A DNA stretch of 37,629 nt. It comes from a virus. Its lineage: Duplodnaviria; Caudoviricetes. Where the stretch lies: positions 1 to 37,629 of IMG/VR virus record IMGVR_UViG_3300032233_001783, one strand, 5' to 3'. The position numbers were made by a program, and so were the translations under genes. Positions 17,620 to 26,857 of the stretch are shown one piece after another (the stretch's first letter is position 1; every line of letters begins with the position of its first letter). Below the pieces are notes generated by a model that saw only the letters and a list, made by a program, of their open reading frames with translations, ran no database searches and was not told the DNA's origin.

Positions 17620-18183
17620 ATGGAATCATATCAGAACTACGACCCATCGTTCTCGCAGCAAACTACCAACACGCTCTACGGGAATCACTACAAGTTCTCG
17701 ATTGACCGATTGCCAGATTTGTCGTTCTTTGTGCAAGGGGTGAATACCCCTGAAGTGTCGGGTGGGATTGCGTTGCAGCAGAACCCGATGTCGGTCATCC
17801 ATCATCCCGGCGACCGACTGTCCTTTGGTCAATTCACCGTGACCTACCTGATTGACTCACAGTTCAAGAACTACTTTAGTCTGTATTACTGGATGAAGGG
17901 ATATGGGTTTCCCAACGATTACAATGAGGTGACGGAGTTCCGTGCCAAGCAGCAAACGCTGGTTCCCAACTTCCGTGCCAAGGCTATCGATCTGGAAAAG
18001 ACACACGCCGTGCTTTCAGTGCTGACTCCCGATACCAGTCAGATTGTAGCAGAAGTGCACTTCTATGAGATTTTTCCAACGAACCTGTCGTCGCTGAACT
18101 TCGTGACCACCGACAGCGAACCGCCGGTATTGACAACGACCTGCACTTTCTCCTGCTCGACCATCGAGGTTGTGTTGGTCTAA
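17620..18183 (+). CDS. gp3: Tail completion / sheath stabilizer gp3
   Basis: YKFSIDRLPDLSFFVQGVNTP..HHPGDRLSFGQFTVTYLID..NY..WMKG; FYEIFPTNLSSLNF; start taken as ATG 17620. Confidence 0.9.
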   Translation: MESYQNYDPSFSQQTTNTLYGNHYKFSIDRLPDLSFFVQGVNTPEVSGGIALQQNPMSVIHHPGDRLSFGQFTVTYLIDSQFKNYFSLYYWMKGYGFPNDYNEVTEFRAKQQTLVPNFRAKAIDLEKTHAVLSVLTPDTSQIVAEVHFYEIFPTNLSSLNFVTTDSEPPVLTTTCTFSCSTIEVVLV

Positions 18184-18187
18184 AGTG

Positions 18188-18196
18188 TGGTATAAT
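18188..18196 (+). promoter_or_regulatory. Extended -10 promoter (TGgTATAAT) for uvsY
   Basis: GTGTGGTATAAT 8 nt before ATG 18205; similar motifs at 25186-25194 and 35683-35691. Confidence 0.65.
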
Positions 18197-18204
18197 TGGT
18201 CATC

Positions 18205-18639
18205 ATGACTTTTGACCAATATCTCGACGAATGGCGCGCCGATGCGGATCTCGATCTCGCGGCACTCGATAGTGCGGCACGTAATGTGCCGCTACTTCAC
18301 GCAAAGTGGTGGAAGTACTACGCACACGAGCGTCTGCGCTACAAGAAGATCGACAGCGACTATAAGGTGCTGTATCGTCAGAAGTGGGAATATTTTCTCG
18401 GCAAAATGGATGACGTCGAGCGCGAATCGCTCGGGTGGCCACCACAACCGCTGAAGATTCTCACCGCGAATGTTGGCATCTATATCGAAGGTGATCAGCA
18501 AATTCAAGACCTGCTCAAGAAGAAAGCGTATCTTGAGGAGATTCTGAAGTTCATCGAAGACGTGTTGAAGCAGATCAACAATCGCAATTATACCATCAAG
18601 TCTGCTATCGACTTCCTACGATTCAAACACGGTCTGTAA
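18205..18639 (+). CDS. uvsY: Recombination mediator UvsY
   Basis: W..D..LD..PLLHAKW..KWEYFLGK..LKIL..YIEGD..KQINNRNYTIKSAIDFLRF; adjacent to uvsW. Confidence 0.92.
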   Translation: MTFDQYLDEWRADADLDLAALDSAARNVPLLHAKWWKYYAHERLRYKKIDSDYKVLYRQKWEYFLGKMDDVERESLGWPPQPLKILTANVGIYIEGDQQIQDLLKKKAYLEEILKFIEDVLKQINNRNYTIKSAIDFLRFKHGL

Positions 18640-18646
18640 GAAACAA

Positions 18647-18652
18647 TAAATA
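18647..18652 (+). promoter_or_regulatory. Late promoter motif (TAAATA) for uvsW
   Basis: AATAAATACGGGTATG; 5 nt before ATG. Confidence 0.72.
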
Positions 18653-18657
18653 CGGGT

Positions 18658-20172
18658 ATGACGATTGTACCCGTTGATGATGTTTGGCTTCGACTCGATT
18701 GCGATGAGCATATCGCTCGTGAAGTCTCCGAACATTTTTCATTCGACGTTCCGGGCGCCAAGTTTATGCCGCAGTTTCGAAATCGAAGCTGGACGGGTAA
18801 AATACGCCTGTTCAAATTGCGCGGACATCTGTTGTATCGCGGCTTACTTCCCCGGTTGTTGGAGTTTGCGATGCAGCAGGGATACGAGGTTACCAATCTG
18901 GTACCCGTACCTGATCCATTGATGCCTGAATTGTCGTCATGGATTGACGCGCAGCCGCTACCAGTGATCCCCCGTGACTATCAGGTTGCGGCTCTACGCG
19001 CCATGTTGGACGCGCATCGCGGGATCATTCTGTCCCCCACTGGTAGTGGCAAGTCTCTCATCATCTATCTCCTCCTACAAGCACTTGCGACATCCACGCT
19101 GGTCATTGTGCCAACGACCGGTTTGGTTGCACAGATGAAGGATGACTTCACCAAGTATGGTGCCGACCCGACGACGCTCCAAACCATTCAAGGTGGTCGG
19201 ACGAAAGAACGGCAGTCGTCCATCGTCATCTCTACATGGCAAAGTATCTATCAACAACCACCTGAGTACTTCAAGCAATTCCAGTGCGTCATTGTGGACG
19301 AGGTGCACCTTGCGAAGTCCAAGTCGCTGACGAACTTGATGGAAAAGTGTCACTCGACACCGTATCGCTTTGGATTCACAGGAACGCTCGACGACACACA
19401 AGCGCATCGATTGATTCTTGAAGGACTCTTCGGCAGTGTCACACGAGTCATTAGTACCCATCAATTGGTGAAGCAGCAACAACTGACCCCGTTGAAAGTG
19501 AAGCTGTGTGCGATCAAGTATCCAGTGGCAACTTGTAAGGACATGCGTCGGGCATTGTATCAAGATGAGGTGGAATTTCTCGTCACGGATCCGGCACGAC
19601 TAGAGATTGTAGCGCGTACTGCCGCAGCAACAAAAGGCAACACACTGGTGTTGTTTAACTACGTCGAGAAACATGGGAAACCGTTGTTTCAGCGGATACA
19701 AGATATTGTGGGTGACCGTGACGTCCATTTCGTGTCTGGTGAAGTGAGTGCAGAGGAACGTGAGCAGATTCGTCAATGGGTCGAACAGAGTGAGCGTCAG
19801 ATCATTGTTGCGTCCTACGGTACCTTCTCGACAGGGATCAACATTCCCAATCTAGATACACTGATCTTCGCAAGTCCCAGTAAATCCAAGATTCGTGTGC
19901 TTCAGTCCGTGGGTCGCTCTCTACGTCTGCATAAGAACAAGACTCATGCGACACTGATCGATTTCATCGATGATTTACGAATTGGCAGTAGTGTGAATCA
20001 TACCTTCCGACATGCGGAACAACGTGTCCAATATTATGCCGCAGAACGCTTCCCATACACCTTTCACGAGTTCGATCTGGAAAAGTGGGTTTCGATTTTG
20101 TCCACACCTATCGCCAATGACACGGAAACTGGTCTAGGACGCACGAACGCAACATCGTTCAAGGGTAGGTAG
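18658..20172 (+). CDS. uvsW: SF2 DNA/RNA-DNA helicase UvsW
   Basis: PRDYQ, SPTGSGKS (Walker A), VDEVH, GFTGT, SYGTFSTGINI, QSVGRSLR; N-terminal WTGKIRLF. Confidence 0.96.
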   Translation: MTIVPVDDVWLRLDCDEHIAREVSEHFSFDVPGAKFMPQFRNRSWTGKIRLFKLRGHLLYRGLLPRLLEFAMQQGYEVTNLVPVPDPLMPELSSWIDAQPLPVIPRDYQVAALRAMLDAHRGIILSPTGSGKSLIIYLLLQALATSTLVIVPTTGLVAQMKDDFTKYGADPTTLQTIQGGRTKERQSSIVISTWQSIYQQPPEYFKQFQCVIVDEVHLAKSKSLTNLMEKCHSTPYRFGFTGTLDDTQAHRLILEGLFGSVTRVISTHQLVKQQQLTPLKVKLCAIKYPVATCKDMRRALYQDEVEFLVTDPARLEIVARTAAATKGNTLVLFNYVEKHGKPLFQRIQDIVGDRDVHFVSGEVSAEEREQIRQWVEQSERQIIVASYGTFSTGINIPNLDTLIFASPSKSKIRVLQSVGRSLRLHKNKTHATLIDFIDDLRIGSSVNHTFRHAEQRVQYYAAERFPYTFHEFDLEKWVSILSTPIANDTETGLGRTNATSFKGR

Positions 20173-20456
20173 CGGGCGGTCAGAGATCGTGCGTCTGAGA
20201 CCGTTCTAGAGGTTTGGGCAAGATTAGGTGGTTAGCGACCATTTGGGCAACCTTGCCGCGGTCTCCCTTCGGAAACCAATTGGTTTTGATCTAGATTTAT
20301 TTGGTTCTAAAGTATGGATCTAAAATTTAAGAACTTTAAGACCATCCCCATCCCCCCTATAGTCCCCCCTTCCCCTTCCAAAACGAAGTCAAAAACGGAA
20401 CGTGGGTCATGACGAACACGATTGACCACAAGATGTAGTGGTTATGGAGTTCTGCT
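20173..20456. other. Structured non-coding region, candidate replication origin/regulatory region
   Basis: TTTGGGCAA direct repeat (20213, 20242), 14-bp palindrome AAACCAATTGGTTT (20273-20286), AT-rich tract, C4-N2-C6-N6-C6-N2-C4 (20346-20375). Confidence 0.4.
20426..20441. promoter_or_regulatory. NrdR-box-like palindrome
   Basis: CCACAAGATGTAGTGG versus NrdR consensus acaCwAtATaTwGtgt; 15 nt upstream of the first glycosyltransferase ATG. Confidence 0.45.
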
Positions 20457-21377
20457 ATGTGTCGAATTCTCGGGATCACTCCACACGATTGGTATGGTGT
20501 TCGTCGTGCATTGTCTGCCATCACACCCGATTACAGTGCACCTGCGGATGCACTGACGCGGTTGGAAACTGACCGACCTGATGTGGTCGTGTTTGGCTGT
20601 TATTTACCAGAATGGAAACCGATTCTCGACGCAGCTCGTCGTCTCGGATGTCGCACGGTACTGACATGGTATGCGAGTTACATTCTGAATGAGTTCGACC
20701 ATCGGAATCGGTTATGGATGACCGCAGCACTTCGTGAAGCGAAGAACGGCTACTTTGACTTCGTCGCAACACCCTACACCGGACTGGCAGTCGCATGGAG
20801 TCATTTTGGCATTCCCACCGATGTGCTACCCCCCACGGTCACTACGACATTGACACCAATACCTAAACGTGCAGGGATGCATATTGGAGTACTTGGATCG
20901 TCGCAGCCGTGGAAGAACATGGATACACAGGTGATTGCCGCAAGTATGATACCTGACGCAATCGTGCATGTACAAAAGATGCATCGAACGGAAGCAATTC
21001 GTGTATTGGGTATCACACCCACCGTGCACGATCATTTCGCATCGGACGACGACTATCATGCGTTGGTTGGGAGTATGCGCATCAACCTCACGGTGAGCAT
21101 GTCGGAGACGTTCAGTTTTTTGACCGCAGAAAGTCTGTTGCTCGGAACACCCGTGGTGACATCGTCGGTCACGCCAATTTTTGCCGATGCGCCGCCAGAA
21201 CTATCGGTGTGTCGTATTTCACAGTTTGATGACCCAGTGTGCATTCGCGATACCATGCATCGTGTGTTAGATAAATACGACGAGATTGTGCAAGTTGGTC
21301 GTGACCATATGCTCGACTTGAATGTGCGAAATCGCGTACTAGCTAATGCAGTAATTGATCGTTGGAGTTCGTCATGA
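20457..21377 (+). CDS. Glycosyltransferase, GT-B fold (GT4-like)
   Basis: RPDVVVFG; QPWKNM; SMSETFSFLTAESLLLGTPVVTS (E-x7-E); SD GGAG. Confidence 0.8.
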   Translation: MCRILGITPHDWYGVRRALSAITPDYSAPADALTRLETDRPDVVVFGCYLPEWKPILDAARRLGCRTVLTWYASYILNEFDHRNRLWMTAALREAKNGYFDFVATPYTGLAVAWSHFGIPTDVLPPTVTTTLTPIPKRAGMHIGVLGSSQPWKNMDTQVIAASMIPDAIVHVQKMHRTEAIRVLGITPTVHDHFASDDDYHALVGSMRINLTVSMSETFSFLTAESLLLGTPVVTSSVTPIFADAPPELSVCRISQFDDPVCIRDTMHRVLDKYDEIVQVGRDHMLDLNVRNRVLANAVIDRWSSS

Positions 21378-22084
21378 ATCGTGTGATGTTGCTCATCCCT
21401 ACCATCCCTGCGCGTGTCGAGAATTTTCTGTCGCTCATCGAGGATGTGCGCAAACAGACACGTGAACCCGAACGGGTGGTTGTGTTTCTAAATGGGTGGA
21501 ACATTCCACGGGATGCTGTCGATGCGGCACTTGCTACGCTCACGTGTGATACCGAGGTGCATCTCTCGGAAGCACCGTGCGGGCCCGGCATTCGGTGGAC
21601 GTATCTCTCCACACATTGGACGGATGGAGACATCGCAGTAACACTCGATGATGACTTTCGCATCGACCCCACGTTCATTGAGCAGACTCTCTCTGCGTTG
21701 CGACCTTCCGTGTCGATGGTCGCATGGACAGGTCATCCGTCGCACCGCAAGTATCTGGATCTTCACAATACGGTTCGCTTTCCGGAATCGTTATGGATTG
21801 GAGGCACGGGTGCCGCAGCAACACGAGTATCGGCAATCGCAGGAATTCACACACACCCGCTGGCAGACGAATGTTTCGGATTGCATGGTGATGAGGAACT
21901 ACTTGTATCGTTGTGGATCTGGCAGCACCACGGTAAGATTGTGCGTCCTGCGGGTACACCTCCACTGCGACATGTTGAGGCGCTCCAATACGCTCCAACA
22001 GCATCGCACAAACAGCATGGACAGGTGTGGCATCGTCGTCGTCAAGACGTCATCGATGCTTATGAATGGTACCTCACACGATGA
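21374..22084 (+). CDS. Glycosyltransferase, GT-A fold (GT2-like)
   Basis: LLIPTIPAR..KQT..VVVFLN; AVTLDDD; GTG; GDEE; ATGA overlap with previous gene. Confidence 0.72.
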   Translation: MNRVMLLIPTIPARVENFLSLIEDVRKQTREPERVVVFLNGWNIPRDAVDAALATLTCDTEVHLSEAPCGPGIRWTYLSTHWTDGDIAVTLDDDFRIDPTFIEQTLSALRPSVSMVAWTGHPSHRKYLDLHNTVRFPESLWIGGTGAAATRVSAIAGIHTHPLADECFGLHGDEELLVSLWIWQHHGKIVRPAGTPPLRHVEALQYAPTASHKQHGQVWHRRRQDVIDAYEWYLTR

Positions 22085-22737
22085 CCTATAGCATTTGCAT
22101 CCCCACCGTAGATCGTCCCTATCGCGGACATCTCTTTCGTCGTCTCATCGAAACGCGCACATTGGAACATCCATTGGTTGCGGGTTTCCATGTCTCGTAT
22201 AATCGTGGCCCAAACGACAATTCCGACCACGCACTTCGGCAAGCACTCACAGACCAAACCGACTACATCCTGTTTCTCGAAGATGACGTTGAGATCATCG
22301 ATGACCTGATTGGAAGCGTTGATCGTTGGATGCGGGATGTGCGGTGTGGCGCCGTGCATTTCTATTCGATTGGGTGTGGAGTGCGTCGTGCACTGCGGCA
22401 AGCACGAGCGCGTGGAGAGACTACATGGGAATGGCCGCTGAAAGCCTACTTTGGGGCATGTGGATTGGTCTTTCCCCGTGCTGCGGCACAGGAGTTTTGC
22501 GAGTGTTATGACACGCGTCCATCATGGATGCAACAGTGGAACGGACTCGATGAAAATCTCAAGCGTTGGCATCGTCGTCGTGAACCGACCCAGTCCTTCA
22601 TTCTCACTCCCACCACGTGTTTCATCGATCATCGTGGTATAATCTCATCACACCCCACAGACGACCAGCATTGGACAGGCCAATACGAATCGTTTGCTGG
22701 CACTCAATGGAGTTATACAAGTCCATGCGAATTGTGA
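22081..22737 (+). CDS. Glycosyltransferase, GT-A fold
   Basis: YSICIPTVDRP; DYILFLEDDV; FGACGLVF; D..L; IDHRG; ATGA overlap. Confidence 0.7.
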   Translation: MTYSICIPTVDRPYRGHLFRRLIETRTLEHPLVAGFHVSYNRGPNDNSDHALRQALTDQTDYILFLEDDVEIIDDLIGSVDRWMRDVRCGAVHFYSIGCGVRRALRQARARGETTWEWPLKAYFGACGLVFPRAAAQEFCECYDTRPSWMQQWNGLDENLKRWHRRREPTQSFILTPTTCFIDHRGIISSHPTDDQHWTGQYESFAGTQWSYTSPCEL

Positions 22738-23648
22738 TATCGTCGTTCACACTCGACCTCTCGGGTGTTCCCACATACACACGCAGCGTTGTTAAAGAAC
22801 TACGGAAGCATGGACATGATGTCGTTGTCTATAGTCCGTGTGGTGGTGAGTTGGAGAAAGAACTTGCCGCAGTACGAACGCTGTATGGTGTGGAACCTCC
22901 AGACATTGTTATTGCACAACATGCAGTTTGCGCACGGGATCTCTACGATGCGTTCCCCACGACACCGATGATTTTCTCGGCGCATGGGTTGCTACCGCAC
23001 ATTGAAGAACCGCCACCCAACATTCCATTTGTGGAGTATTTCGCAATCAACGAACGCGTACGGGACTTTATCATTGCTGCCGGTGCACCAGCGGATAAGA
23101 TTACGATTATTCGAAACATGGTTGACCGTACGGAGTTCTATTCTCGGTCGCCGATTCGTGATCGACAACCTCGCGTTCTGTTCATTAGCAACCACAAGAA
23201 ATGGAAGAACTACGGTCGATTGTTCCGTGCGTGTCGCGCTCTTGATTATCCGTTCAAAGCGATTGGGTCGCCGTATGGACGGAGCCGCCATGTTGCGGAG
23301 GAGATTAACAACGCAGACTTGATCGTTTCATGGGGTCGCGGCATTCTCGAAGCAATGGCCTGCGGACGCTGTGTCATGAGCTATGATAAACTGCGCGGGG
23401 ACGGGTACCTCGACCACGATGGATATCTGTTCAGTCGGCAGCACAATTTTGGTATGCCAAAAACAGGTGAAGGATGTCTCTACGACTTTACTGAAGAGAT
23501 GATCATTCGTGAACTGAAACGGTATGATCCGTATGATGTTCGTATGCATCTTGAAAGTATCGAACTGCATCATGATGTGGTGACCGCAACAGGACGAATT
23601 CTTGCGATTGCCAATAACGTCGTGCACACGCACAAAGGATTACGATGA
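22725..23648 (+). CDS. Glycosyltransferase, GT-B fold (GT4-like)
   Basis: MRIVI..SGVPTYT..LRKHGHDVVV; PDIVIAQH; SAHG; IIRNMVD; INNADLIVSWGRGILEAMACGR; start taken as ATG 22725. Confidence 0.85.
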   Translation: MRIVISSFTLDLSGVPTYTRSVVKELRKHGHDVVVYSPCGGELEKELAAVRTLYGVEPPDIVIAQHAVCARDLYDAFPTTPMIFSAHGLLPHIEEPPPNIPFVEYFAINERVRDFIIAAGAPADKITIIRNMVDRTEFYSRSPIRDRQPRVLFISNHKKWKNYGRLFRACRALDYPFKAIGSPYGRSRHVAEEINNADLIVSWGRGILEAMACGRCVMSYDKLRGDGYLDHDGYLFSRQHNFGMPKTGEGCLYDFTEEMIIRELKRYDPYDVRMHLESIELHHDVVTATGRILAIANNVVHTHKGLR

Positions 23649-24265
23649 TTACCACCGCACTGACACCTAGTATTCGACGGATCACGCTATCCGACAGTAC
23701 CGAATTTCGGCATCGAGAAACCATCAGTTACATCGTACCGACCATTGGACGCGACACACTCCAACGTGCGTTAGACTCCATTGAACTTCAGATTGGTGAT
23801 GAGATTCTCATCAATCATCCAGACGTCCCATATGGCACATGGGGCTATACTGAGCGGAATCAACTGCTACCGTATGCGCGAAGTGCGTGGTTGGCATTCA
23901 TCGATGACGATGATTATTTCCTGCCCGGATATCGAGCGCACATGACCGATGCGATGCGTACGGTGCCGGGTGGTCGTGATGTACCCATCATCTTCAAAAT
24001 GCGATTCGCAGGTGGTAAAGAAGTGTGGCAAGACCACATCCGCGACCCCAATCGTCCGGAGCGTCCAGACCTCATGTGTGGCAACGTAGGAACACCGATG
24101 CTGTTGATGCCCAATCTTCCTTCGATGCTGACCCAATTCAATGAACGGCGGTATGAAGGTGACTTTGACTTCATCAACTGCTGCAAATGGCCACGACGCA
24201 TGTTCTATTGGCGTCCCGAAGTCATTGTACAGGTCGGAAATGACCCGCGTGGCTTGCAGCGATGA
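23645..24265 (+). CDS. Glycosyltransferase, GT-A fold (GT2-like)
   Basis: ISYIVPTIGRDTLQRALDSI; RN..ARSAWLAFIDDDD; GDFDF. Confidence 0.82.
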   Translation: MITTALTPSIRRITLSDSTEFRHRETISYIVPTIGRDTLQRALDSIELQIGDEILINHPDVPYGTWGYTERNQLLPYARSAWLAFIDDDDYFLPGYRAHMTDAMRTVPGGRDVPIIFKMRFAGGKEVWQDHIRDPNRPERPDLMCGNVGTPMLLMPNLPSMLTQFNERRYEGDFDFINCCKWPRRMFYWRPEVIVQVGNDPRGLQR

Positions 24266-25179
24266 TTGATACCACAGAGACAGAACGTCAGGTTCGCGCC
24301 TTTGTAGACGGGGCTCCGCACGTCTTTTGGTCGGTGAGCAATGTTGGTGATATGCTCATCACACTTGCGGCAGCAATGCAATATCCCGATGCGCGACTGG
24401 TGCATTGTGGTCGGGATTCGCTCACGGATAATAAAGACCAATGGTATACGTTTCTCGCGCACTGGCCTGCATACTTCAACATCCCCTTTCTGTATGTTGC
24501 TGATAAAGATGGACGAATGATGCAAGCGGTCGAGCGCATTATGCTGACGTTGCCAAATTATCATCCAGTGATCGCTCCGCGTATTGTCGAGCGAAAGGGA
24601 TATGCGTTTCGTGATCCTGAAAATGGACGAGACTGGCAAACATTGCATCCGCGCATTGTGACACAGACCGATTGGTCGGAACGTATTGGCACAACGTCAT
24701 TGTTTCCGAATGCAAAGCTCTGCATCATTTGTCCATCAGGATCGAAGAAGCGACGAAAATGGCAGCGGTACTTCTCCTATGGGGAACTACAGACAATAGT
24801 CACGCTCGCTCGTGATCGTGGATATACGGTGGTGATCACCAGTCACGAAACTGATTATCTTCAGTACAAAATGCCGCATGTGTATTGGTTGACCCACGAC
24901 ACGCTGATCGATCTAGATGGGACGCGCAGACCCGTATCGTTTGAGGAGTTTCTCCAGATTCTGAATAGCGGTCAGTATTACATCTCAATGGATACGTGGC
25001 TCAAGACCTTTGTTGCTTTGCTTGGTAAACCCGTGCAAATGGTTCGCCGACGCAGCTATGGACAGTACGTGGAGTTTGGGAGCGACCCCGCTGATCACAT
25101 CTTCCTCGACCGGCGTCTTTGGCCAGACATGCATCTGGTCACAGTAGAAGAAGTGTGTGCGGATCTTGCACAGCACTAA
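24262..25179 (+). CDS. Putative glycosyltransferase, GT9 (heptosyltransferase)-like
   Basis: NVGDMLITL; IICPSGS..K; YYISMDTWLKTFVALLGKPV resemble GT9 motifs GD.L, PG.s, DSg..h.A.alg.P. Confidence 0.55.
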   Translation: MIDTTETERQVRAFVDGAPHVFWSVSNVGDMLITLAAAMQYPDARLVHCGRDSLTDNKDQWYTFLAHWPAYFNIPFLYVADKDGRMMQAVERIMLTLPNYHPVIAPRIVERKGYAFRDPENGRDWQTLHPRIVTQTDWSERIGTTSLFPNAKLCIICPSGSKKRRKWQRYFSYGELQTIVTLARDRGYTVVITSHETDYLQYKMPHVYWLTHDTLIDLDGTRRPVSFEEFLQILNSGQYYISMDTWLKTFVALLGKPVQMVRRRSYGQYVEFGSDPADHIFLDRRLWPDMHLVTVEEVCADLAQH

Positions 25180-25185
25180 CGCGTG

Positions 25186-25194
25186 TGGTATACT
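25186..25194 (+). promoter_or_regulatory. Extended -10 promoter (TGgTATACT) for gp55-47-46
   Basis: GTGTGGTATACT in the intergenic gap upstream of SD AAGGA and ATG 25224. Confidence 0.62.
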
Positions 25195-25223
25195 TGACGT
25201 TACTCTCTACACAAGGAACTTCT

Positions 25224-25763
25224 ATGTCCAAGACGCCAGAACATTACGTAAATAATCAGGAGTTCTTCGATGCTCTGGTTGCATATCGTGACGAATGCAC
25301 GAAAGCGACACAGAAGGGACGCAAATCTCCACAGATCCCCGATTTTATTGGGGAGTGCTTTCTGAAAATTGCCACGCATCTGTCCTACAAACCAAACTTC
25401 GTCAACTACACCTTTCGTGAAGATATGATCTCGGATGGTGTCGAAAATTGTTTGGTGTACATGCATAACTTCAATCCCGACAAGTCGAAGAATCCATTTG
25501 GATACTTCACGTCGGTGATTTTCTATGCCTTTGTGCGGCGGATTCAACGCGAACGCAAGCACACCTATCTTCGGTACAAGCTCATCGAGCAAGCGGTCAT
25601 TGAAGGGGACACCCAGACGACTCATGCCGGGGGTGGTCAGTATCACGTAGATAGTGCGATGCTATCATTTGACAATGTACAGGACTTCATTCAACGATTT
25701 GACGACTATACCGACCGTCGTCGCGCACGCCGGCGTACGGCTAAGACGGGAGACATCGAGTGA
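25224..25763 (+). CDS. gp55: Late-transcription sigma factor gp55
   Basis: HYVNNQEF..IGECFLKIATHLSYKPNFVNYTFREDMISDGVENCL.Y..NFNPDKSKNPFGYFT..AFVRRIQRERK; start ATG 25224. Confidence 0.97.
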   Translation: MSKTPEHYVNNQEFFDALVAYRDECTKATQKGRKSPQIPDFIGECFLKIATHLSYKPNFVNYTFREDMISDGVENCLVYMHNFNPDKSKNPFGYFTSVIFYAFVRRIQRERKHTYLRYKLIEQAVIEGDTQTTHAGGGQYHVDSAMLSFDNVQDFIQRFDDYTDRRRARRRTAKTGDIE

Positions 25764-26857
25764 AAGTTGCAATCATCACTGACTCACATTTCGGTGTGCG
25801 GTCAGATGCACCGGCAATGTACACGACCATGCGCAAGTTCTATGAGCGTGTATTTTTCCCCACACTGGATGCGCATGGTATCACCCGTGTGCTGCATGGT
25901 GGAGATTATGGCGACCGCCGGAAGTATGTGAACTTTGGAACATCACGCTTCGTCGAGGATGTCTATCGGGCCCCATTGCGGCATCGCAACATCAAAGAAG
26001 ATGTGCTGGTTGGGAATCACGATTGCTTCTATCGCGACAGTACGGAGATCAATTCGATTCAGGAACTGTATCGACATGACGACCGACTGACAGTCTATAC
26101 GCAACCCACCGAGATTGATGTCGATGGGTGCGGCATTCTCATGCTTCCGTGGATCTGTGGCAACAATCGAGACGCGTCCGAGAAAGCGATTGCGACGTCG
26201 TCGTCTACGGTCGTGCTTGGGCATTTAGAACTCTCGGGGTTCCAGATGTATCGCGGTATGCCCAATCATGACGGCATGGATCCAAGTGTCTTTGATCGGT
26301 TCTCGCTCGTCATGAGCGGTCACTACCATCACAAGTCACAGAACGGCCCAATTCACTATCTCGGTGCACCGTATGCGATGGTATGGAGTGACTACCGCGA
26401 CCCCCGTGGTTTCCATCTGTTCGATACGGATACGCAGGAACTGACGTTCATCGAGAATCCGTATACGGCATTTGCGCGTATCGTATATGATGATCTTGAG
26501 CAGCCACACAACTACATTGAGAAGTTGGTGACGTCCATTGTGGCAAAAGATTCACCCTACTACGACTCGTATGTGAAAGTCGTGGTCAAGAACCGAACGC
26601 ATCCGTACTGGTTCGATATCATGATGGATGCGTTGTCGAAGGTGAACACGCAAGATGTCATGGTTGTAGATGACATTGTGGCAGACCCGAATGCAGATGC
26701 CGCAGAAACGGTTTCCACGGACGTCGATACTCTCACCATCATGCGCGATTATGTCGATGGGTTGACCGTCACATGCGACAAGCGAGACCTGCAAACCTAT
26801 TTGCAGCAGCTTTATCATGAAGCGGTAACCACCACGCAGTCATCGAGGATGAGTTAA
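25760..26857 (+). CDS. gp47: Recombination nuclease gp47 (Mre11/SbcD-like)
   Basis: ITDSHFG, GDYGD, VGNHD, GHLE, SGHYH phosphoesterase motifs. Confidence 0.96.
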   Translation: MKVAIITDSHFGVRSDAPAMYTTMRKFYERVFFPTLDAHGITRVLHGGDYGDRRKYVNFGTSRFVEDVYRAPLRHRNIKEDVLVGNHDCFYRDSTEINSIQELYRHDDRLTVYTQPTEIDVDGCGILMLPWICGNNRDASEKAIATSSSTVVLGHLELSGFQMYRGMPNHDGMDPSVFDRFSLVMSGHYHHKSQNGPIHYLGAPYAMVWSDYRDPRGFHLFDTDTQELTFIENPYTAFARIVYDDLEQPHNYIEKLVTSIVAKDSPYYDSYVKVVVKNRTHPYWFDIMMDALSKVNTQDVMVVDDIVADPNADAAETVSTDVDTLTIMRDYVDGLTVTCDKRDLQTYLQQLYHEAVTTTQSSRMS

